From a bacterium (GTDB lineage Bacteria; Zhuqueibacterota; Zhuqueibacteria; Oceanimicrobiales; Oceanimicrobiaceae), in the NCBI GenBank assembly GCA_046757165.1, contig JBHHXT010000130.1, positions 1-13,062 on the forward strand: DNA of 13,062 nt, written 5' to 3'. Each line of letters starts with the position of its first letter. Position 1 is the first letter of the stretch. The position numbers and the translations under genes are program-made. The notes under the pieces were generated by a model. The model saw only the letters and a program-made list of their open reading frames with translations, was not told the DNA's origin and made no database searches. Below, piece by piece: positions 1-5,885 of the stretch.

Positions 1-17
1 CGCTTCGATTAAGAAAA

Positions 18-60
18 GGACTCAGACTTGCGCTGATAAACGCTGATTCTGTCTGCGTCC
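18..60. repeat. Short hairpin repeat with 10-bp-period CGCTGAT units (copy A)
   Basis: GGACTCAGAC (18-27) pairs 9/10 with GTCTGCGTCC (51-60). The loop carries CGCTGAT at 31 and 41. Positions 18-48 match 300-330 at 26/31. Confidence 0.6.
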
Positions 61-103
61 CGTTACTTGACGCGGCGCGTCAGATATGGGTTCCCACGCG
101 GCA

Positions 104-234
104 AGCCTGTGTGAAAACATGGCAAAAAAAGACTGTGGCTTGTTAAAAAAGGTCTATGACTTAAGCTAAGTTCTTGTTTTCATTACAATCCATTCTCGCA
201 AGCAAGATGCTTGCGTTACATTTTCACACAGGCT
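104..234. mobile_element. MITE (non-autonomous element, 14-bp perfect terminal inverted repeats)
   Basis: AGCCTGTGTGAAAA (104-117) and TTTTCACACAGGCT (221-234) are exact reverse complements. There is no ORF inside. An apparent ~3-bp duplication (CGG at 99-101 and 235-237) flanks it. Exact ends are uncertain by 1-2 nt. Confidence 0.7.
197..219 (-). repeat. GTAG-family-like REP hairpin (GTAA variant) inside the MITE
   Basis: Perfect 8-bp stem CGCAAGCA-AGA-TGCTTGCG (197-215) abutting TTAC. On the minus strand it reads GTAA-CGCAAGCATCTTGCTTGCG, the tetranucleotide-plus-palindrome layout of REPs. Confidence 0.6.
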
Positions 235-296
235 CGGAGCATGGGAACCAGAACCATCCTGTCAAAAACTCTTTGGTTCCGGCTTGTCCGGCTTGA

Positions 297-340
297 GGGG
301 GACCCAGATTTGCGCCGATAAATGCTGCTTTCTGACCCCC
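297..340. repeat. Diverged copy B of the 18-48 repeat, directly after the acylase stop codon
   Basis: 300-330 GGACCCAGATTTGCGCCGATAAATGCTGCTT versus 18-48 GGACTCAGACTTGCGCTGATAAACGCTGATT, bracketed by GGGGG (297-301) and CCCCC (336-340). Confidence 0.55.
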
Positions 341-2478
341 TATTTCACCAGAATACTCTTTCTGACCTCCAGAAAACCACTGGCTGTGAGTTTGTACACA
401 TAGATCCCGGAGCTCAGGCCACTCGCTTCCCACCGGATCTGGTGAGATCCCGCCTTCTGAAACTCATCTACCAGCGTCTTGACAACCTGCCCCTGGATAT
501 TGTAGATCTGCAAGCGGACGCGTGTCGATTTTGGCAGGTCGTAAGAGATGGTCGTCGTCGGATTGAATGGATTGGGATAGTTCTGGCGCAGGGCAAAGCT
601 AGCCGGCAGCGTCTCAGGGGTTTGCACCTCTGTTGGAAAGTCGCCGAACAGCATGTCCTTGAACTGCCAGTTGACATGCAGCGGCCACTGGTCATCAAAG
701 TGTACGCTCACCACCCCGCTCAGGTCGATGAAGCCGCTCTGGCCGGGCGGAATGATGTTTTCGTCGATGATGTTGTCGGCCGTCAGCTCGATCGCCTGCT
801 GGTAGGTGCCGTGGTCATTGATCTGGCGCGGGACGTCCTCGAGGTTGTCGTAGGTAAACGCGCCAATGGGGCCGACGAAGGTTTCCATGTCATTGACCCG
901 CGTGGTCAGGCGTGTTTGCCCGTGCCAGGGAACATTGTCACCGTTGTTCCACCAGCTTACTGGTTTGTTGTTCCAATTGACGAAATATGCCTGCTCTGCG
1001 TGGTCAGCAGCGGGCAGCTCCTCGAATGGGATGAATCCGCCCCACTCTTCGCTGCCATCCCCCTTGTGCGGCAGCCGCGGGTCGACGCCATCGCTGCGGT
1101 CCTGGTATTTGCCCGTATGCCAGAAGTGGATGTTCTGGTCCCGGTCGGCGTAGAACAGGTTGAAAGAAAAGGGATTGCTTGCGGCAGCGGCTTCAAACTC
1201 CTGCAGATTCTTCGCCTTGTTGAACCCAAAAATCGACTTGATCATCTCGAGCTCTTGCTGCCAGAAGGTCATGTTGAGGGAGAACACCTGGTGGTTGTCG
1301 AGATCATCGCCGAAGACCGGGCCGTGGATGGTGCGATAGTGGGTGAAGGGTTGGTCCGGCAAGCCGAGGATAGAAATCGTCTCCTCGATCGTTTCAAAGT
1401 CCTGCCACTGTCCGTTGTGCCAATACTTGCTGTAGGAGGCGTCCATGGTCGAGTCGATATAGACATCGCTGTTGTCGCTGACGCCGCTGGTGAGGGTCCA
1501 GGCATGGGTCTCTGTGTGCCCGATGATCACCATTGGCACGCCGGCGATGGTCATGCCCCCAACATGAAAGCTCGGGCATTGCAGCTCCACTTCGTGAGCG
1601 ATCTGTGGTTCATCGGGTTGAGGCGGTCCCATCTGGGGCGCGCCCAGCAACATGACGTTGCCGGTGCTGGACTTACTCGTCGACATGAGCACGGCGAAAC
1701 TGCCGAGTTTGAGCGGCAGACGCAATTGCTCTATCTTTGCTTGCCGCTCCAGTCTCTTGCGCACCAGCGACCGGATCACTTCATTGCGAACGCGCATGCC
1801 GGAATAGTGCCAGGTGCGCGGCGCGGCCAGGCCGCCTTGCTGAATCGTGGTGGGCGCGGTGGGATCATTGATGGGTCGATTCTCATTCAGCCAGTCCAGG
1901 CCGTTTTCCTGCAGCTCGAGCAACCGGTCCAGCTCCTCGCCACCCGCCTGGCCAAACCTGCGGGTCAAGAGTTGAATAAACGCAATCGATTTGTACACCG
2001 TCCAGGGCGCCATCTCGCGGTCTTTGAGCTCGAGCGGCATGTACTGCGCCGGATCCTGGTTCATCAAGTCGAGGTAGGCATTGACGCCGTCGCTGTACGC
2101 TTGCAGCATCTCTTGCATATCGGCAGGCAAAGCCTCGAAGACCTGCTGACGCTCCTCCGGCGTATAAAACAGGGTGCGGGCTTGCTTGTCGAGCTCTATC
2201 GTAAAGACGCCAAACCACTCCGAGAGTTTGCCCTCAGCGGCCCTGCGATTCCGCTCCATCTGGTGAAGCCGATCCTGGGCCGCGGCAAAGCCCTGTCCGT
2301 AAAACACCCCTATCTCCGACTCGCCGACGATATGCGGCACGCCGTACGCGTCCCGATTGATGGTCACGGTCGTGCCGTCAGGAGCATCCAGAGTCAGGGT
2401 GGCAGGCGGGTTGAGCTGTGCGAAAGTCGACGGTACAACCGCCAACATAAACAGGCAAAGTATCGCGTTGGATTTCAT
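340..2478 (-). CDS. Penicillin acylase family (Ntn hydrolase, peptidase S45) precursor with signal peptide and T9SS type A-like C-terminal sorting domain, 712 aa
   Basis: Motifs VTINRDAYGVPHI, YGQGFAAAQDRLHQME, G|SFAVL...GAPQ (nucleophile Ser260, codon 1701-1699), RTIHGPV, NWNNKP and PPGQSGF. The C-terminus is QNYPNPFNPTTTISY...SGIYVYKL...KSILVK. The start is reassigned from 2646 to ATG 2478 because AGGAGG (2485-2490) precedes MKSNAILCLFMLAVVPSTFA. Confidence 0.92.
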   Translation of the reverse strand: MKSNAILCLFMLAVVPSTFAQLNPPATLTLDAPDGTTVTINRDAYGVPHIVGESEIGVFYGQGFAAAQDRLHQMERNRRAAEGKLSEWFGVFTIELDKQARTLFYTPEERQQVFEALPADMQEMLQAYSDGVNAYLDLMNQDPAQYMPLELKDREMAPWTVYKSIAFIQLLTRRFGQAGGEELDRLLELQENGLDWLNENRPINDPTAPTTIQQGGLAAPRTWHYSGMRVRNEVIRSLVRKRLERQAKIEQLRLPLKLGSFAVLMSTSKSSTGNVMLLGAPQMGPPQPDEPQIAHEVELQCPSFHVGGMTIAGVPMVIIGHTETHAWTLTSGVSDNSDVYIDSTMDASYSKYWHNGQWQDFETIEETISILGLPDQPFTHYRTIHGPVFGDDLDNHQVFSLNMTFWQQELEMIKSIFGFNKAKNLQEFEAAAASNPFSFNLFYADRDQNIHFWHTGKYQDRSDGVDPRLPHKGDGSEEWGGFIPFEELPAADHAEQAYFVNWNNKPVSWWNNGDNVPWHGQTRLTTRVNDMETFVGPIGAFTYDNLEDVPRQINDHGTYQQAIELTADNIIDENIIPPGQSGFIDLSGVVSVHFDDQWPLHVNWQFKDMLFGDFPTEVQTPETLPASFALRQNYPNPFNPTTTISYDLPKSTRVRLQIYNIQGQVVKTLVDEFQKAGSHQIRWEASGLSSGIYVYKLTASGFLEVRKSILVK

Positions 2479-2484
2479 GGCCAT

Positions 2485-2490
2485 CCTCCT
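2485..2490 (-). promoter_or_regulatory. Shine-Dalgarno site of the acylase
   Basis: AGGAGG 6 nt upstream of ATG 2478. Confidence 0.85.
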
Positions 2491-2511
2491 TGTTTTTTGA
2501 TCGTGGCTTTG

Positions 2512-2629
2512 GATAGTATCGGAGTTGAGCGAAGCGGTCTCACACACGGCCGGGTTGCGGAGATCGCTGCGCGCATTTCCGTCACTATCTCTCGGCCCTG
2601 CGCTGGATAGGTTTCTACCCAAAAGGCAG
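2512..2629 (-). promoter_or_regulatory. Structured 5' leader of the acylase (candidate cis-regulatory RNA)
   Basis: Long imperfect hairpin at 2512-2589 and mutually exclusive short stems at 2605-2629, located between the promoter and the RBS. Confidence 0.4.
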
Positions 2630-2645
2630 GTTAGTGAGTTGTTCA

Positions 2646-2674
2646 AGTATAATGAAGATTCTGTGTCTTGTCAA
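2646..2674 (-). promoter_or_regulatory. sigma70-type promoter of the acylase
   Basis: Minus strand TTGACA (2674-2669), 17-nt spacer, TATACT (2651-2646). Confidence 0.8.
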
Positions 2675-2740
2675 TCAAATTGTTGCAGAAAAGTCGAAAA
2701 CCAGGCGCGCCAGTGTTTCCTTTGTTTTTTTTTTGAGGCA

Positions 2741-4654
2741 TTAGCTCACACGCTTAGAATCCGCCACCGCCATGTCCTGCCGCGAAGCGGGCTCGAGCGT
2801 CGGGCTGTCGACGACATGCTTCCACCAGAATGGAATGAGCGCAAGCCCGGCAACGAGGCACAAGATCGGCCAGACGAGGGTTTGCTCGGGAGGCCGCAGC
2901 AAAAGCTTGCCGGCGCCAACCAGAGCCAGAAAGAGAGAGAGCGAAGTCAGCACCGTGGCTTTGACCCCGTGCAGGAGCTTTCGGATGGGGATTCGAGTAT
3001 TCAGGCCCAGGGCAGCCGTCGTTTTCCCCCAGAAACCAACTGGCGCGACGCGCTGGTAGAATTGCTTTAGAAGGGTCTCGTCTGTCGCCGGCGTGAAAAA
3101 TGTGATGGCGACGGCAACGAACGTCGAGACGGTGGCCATGGCGCTCAAGCGAATCCACTCGACCTCTGTTGCCACCAGCAGAATCGGCGCGACGATGAGC
3201 GAAGCCACCATGGCGCCGAGCTCGGAAAAGAGATTGATCCGCTCCCACAGCCAGCGCAAGACCAGAACAGAGCCCATCCCGGCTCCGAAGAGCAGCGAAA
3301 TAAACCATGCCGTCTGAATGGAACCGAGGTTGGCCATGATGATGAGTGCGATCACCAGGATCAGGATATTCGACAGGCGGGCGGCCAAGACCAGCTCGCG
3401 ACTGCGCGGCTGGCGCTCGAGCCACTTTTCGCAAATCAACCGCTGGTAGATGTCGTTGCTCCAGTAGCTTGCCCCCCAGTTGAGATGTGTGTCGATGGTC
3501 GAGGCGAGGGCAGCCAGAAGGGCCGTGAGCATGAGTCCGCGCACGCCCACCGGCAGCAGATCCTGAATGCCGGTCACAAACGTAATCTCGCGCCCAGCGG
3601 CAAATTGCGCGCCCAGTGCCACCTCCTGAGTAAAAGGATAGAGCACAAGCAGACTCACCCCGATGACCAGCCAGATCAAGCTGCGCGCGAGAATCTGCAG
3701 CCAGGCGAAAATGACACCGGCAACGCGGGCGTCGCGGTCCGTAGCGCACGCCATGGAGCGCTGCGCCAGGTAGCCCGTGCCATCGCTATTCATCTGAAAG
3801 AACCACTGTAGTCCGATGATGATCAAGAATGGCATGATTGCCTCGCCCCCGGTCGGGGTAAACGAGAGCATCTTCTCTGCCGCCCCCGTGCCGTAAAGTT
3901 CCACCACCCGGTCCGGCAAATTCGCCAGTCCGCCGACGTGGTCGACGACCAAGAACGCGTAGACCAGCGTCCCGATCATGGCCAGGCTGAACTGCATGAC
4001 GTCTGTCGCCACGACGCTGCGCAACCCACCTGTAGTCGAGTAGAGGGCAGTAAAGCCCAGAATGGCCAGAATGCTGATCAAGTTGTTGGTGGTGTTGGTC
4101 GCCACATCCAGACCGGTGACACTTTCCCCCAGGGTCAATCCGGTCCAAAGGGTCAAGTTGAGGAAGAGATGGTAAACGCCACCCGGGAGCCATAGATCCC
4201 AGGGCAGAAAGATCTCCGCAATGCGCATGGCAGCGACGAGAACCATCGCCATCACGACGCAGTTGATGACCGTGCCGTAGTATACCGCCTTCAACGCGCG
4301 CAATATGAGGACGCCTCTTCCGCTGTAGCGTATCTCGGTCAGCTCAGCGTCGGTCAGCACCCCGGCCCGGCGCCAGCCAATGGAGAAGATGAACCCCATC
4401 ATCAGGAAGGCGATGCCGTAAATCCACAGCCGCCAGACCAGGAAAATGCCGCCGGTGGCGATCAGGCCGGTGACCAGCAGCGGCGTGTCGGCCGCGAATT
4501 GCGTCGCTGCCATACTGAAGCCAGCCCGCCAGCCGGTCAGGGTTTTGCCGGCGAGAAAATACTCTTGCAGGCTTTCCGAAGCTTTCTTGCGTGAACGCAG
4601 ACCGGAGGAGATGGCGTAGATGACGAAGGCGAGGACAATCAGAAAATCAATCAT
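2741..4654 (-). CDS. Sodium:solute symporter (SSS family), full length, 637 aa
   Basis: Motifs EYFLAGK, SMAATQFAADTPL, YSTTGGLRSVVATDVMQF, GYLAQRSMAC and ALLAALASTIDTHLNWGASY, with many TM helices. The start is placed at ATG 4654 (MIDFLIV) after AAAGGA (4664-4669). Confidence 0.92.
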   Translation of the reverse strand: MIDFLIVLAFVIYAISSGLRSRKKASESLQEYFLAGKTLTGWRAGFSMAATQFAADTPLLVTGLIATGGIFLVWRLWIYGIAFLMMGFIFSIGWRRAGVLTDAELTEIRYSGRGVLILRALKAVYYGTVINCVVMAMVLVAAMRIAEIFLPWDLWLPGGVYHLFLNLTLWTGLTLGESVTGLDVATNTTNNLISILAILGFTALYSTTGGLRSVVATDVMQFSLAMIGTLVYAFLVVDHVGGLANLPDRVVELYGTGAAEKMLSFTPTGGEAIMPFLIIIGLQWFFQMNSDGTGYLAQRSMACATDRDARVAGVIFAWLQILARSLIWLVIGVSLLVLYPFTQEVALGAQFAAGREITFVTGIQDLLPVGVRGLMLTALLAALASTIDTHLNWGASYWSNDIYQRLICEKWLERQPRSRELVLAARLSNILILVIALIIMANLGSIQTAWFISLLFGAGMGSVLVLRWLWERINLFSELGAMVASLIVAPILLVATEVEWIRLSAMATVSTFVAVAITFFTPATDETLLKQFYQRVAPVGFWGKTTAALGLNTRIPIRKLLHGVKATVLTSLSLFLALVGAGKLLLRPPEQTLVWPILCLVAGLALIPFWWKHVVDSPTLEPASRQDMAVADSKRVS

Positions 4655-4766
4655 AATTTCATTTCCTTTTATCTGGACTACAAGCCGACAACACCTCTTT
4701 TTTAGCAAAGGTTTGACGCTTCATCTTGTCATTGATGAACAAACCTTCATATCCAGGACTCATCTT

Positions 4767-4835
4767 ATTCGTGCCAATTCGTGGACATTCGTGGCTGAAT
4801 CAATTATTGGGTTGCCGCCCAAAACCGGCGCTGGG
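4767..4835. repeat. Three ATTCGTG units with 10-bp period plus a GC-rich tail (repeat-element end)
   Basis: ATTCGTG at 4767, 4777 and 4787, followed by TTGGGTTGCCGCCCAAAACCGGCGCTGGG (4807-4835). Confidence 0.6.
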
Positions 4836-4860
4836 TCAATCCCTTTTGATCCTTTGCACC

Positions 4861-5853
4861 TCAGGCAAAAACAATCCAGAGCACAGCAATGATTGCAGCA
4901 AGCGCGACTGAAAGCAAAATGCTGTTTCGTTTCTCGCTTTTCAGTACGCTTACAGACGCACGCCTCGAAATGTCTTCAGGGGTAAGTCCTGTGCCAGCGT
5001 ATGTGATTCCCTGAAGTTGTTCTTTCTTCGGGGCCGCGGTCAGATAACTCGTGACGACGAGGACCAGGGTGCAGACAGCAAACAGAAGCACCGCGTAATG
5101 AAGGAAATTAATTTCGGCAATCCAGGCCCACAGAGTACCATCAGGCAGGCCAGATTTGTCGGTGCCGTTCATCAGCTCGAGCACCAGCCGCAGCCCACCC
5201 AGCACAAATCCTGTGATGAGCGAGGTGATGGCGCCCGTTCCATTTAGACGCGACATGAAAAGGCCCAACAAAAAGCAGGCAGCAATGGCAGGGGCAATGT
5301 AGGCCTGCACACTTTGAAGATAGATGTAAAGTTGCGACGAAATATATTTCATCAACGGGATCCACAGCAGCCCCAGGATCACCATCACGGAGGTGGCAAT
5401 TCGCCCGACATTCACAAGATGACGCTCGCTCACATCCGGCTTCAACTTCTTATAAAAGTCCCATGTAATCAAAGTAGAGCATGAGTTGAAAACCGAGCTC
5501 AACGAACTCATCAACGCCGCCAGCAGGCCCGCGATGACCAGCCCTTTGAGCCCCATAGGCAGGATACGGGTGACGAGCGCCGGAAATGCCCGGTCCGCTG
5601 TTGCGCCACGAATATCGCTAAAAAGCGCTGCAGCGATGACTCCTGGCAGAACAAAAATAAACACCGGCAGAATCTTGAGAAATCCGGCAAAAATGGTGCC
5701 TTTCTGCGCCTCTTCTTGATTGCGGGCGGCCAGGACACGTTGCACAATGAACTGGTCCGTGCACCAGTACCAGACGCCAAGAATCGGTGCGCCAAAGACG
5801 GCCAGAAAGTAAGCGGAAATAACAAGAATATCAACAGAGGCGATTTGAGCCAT
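4861..5853 (-). pseudogene. SGLT-type sodium/sugar symporter with a large in-frame internal deletion (330-aa ORF)
   Basis: RBS GAGGAG and the first TM helix (MAQIASVDILVISAYFLAVFG) are joined directly to APILGVWYWCTDQFIVQRVLAA, a mid-protein SGLT motif. The EYFLAG, ASN and GGL..V..TD regions are absent. The C-terminal half (GLLAALMSSLSSVFNSCSTL) is intact. Confidence 0.8.
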
Positions 5854-5885
5854 GCAAGCCTCTCCTCTTTTTGCATGTCACACAA

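Larger units (their letters stand above)
68..252. repeat. REP-like double hairpin interrupted by a MITE
   Basis: First hairpin TGACGC-GGC-GCGTCA (68-82). Removing the insert rejoins GGTTCCCACGC (89-99), a GGA loop and GCATGGGAACC (239-249), a 10/11 stem. Confidence 0.7.

Noticed and set aside
322..2610. 762-aa plus-strand ORF
   Set aside because: It is the codon-aligned antisense shadow of the acylase, expected in GC-rich genes, and has no recognisable motifs or RBS.
2512..2636. Long hairpin as an integron attC site
   Set aside because: No properly paired RYYYAAC and GTTRRRY boxes bound the stem, and there is no cassette array or integrase.
2479..2646. N-terminal extension of the acylase ORF to TTG 2646
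   Set aside because: It overlaps the -10 box and leader. The RBS and signal peptide support ATG 2478.
2697..2740. Terminator after the intact symporter
   Set aside because: There is only a short GGCGCGCC palindrome, and the long T run is on the wrong strand and side for a minus-strand terminator.
4767..4796. Short repeats as a CRISPR array
   Set aside because: Units are 7 bp with 3-bp spacers, and there are no cas genes.
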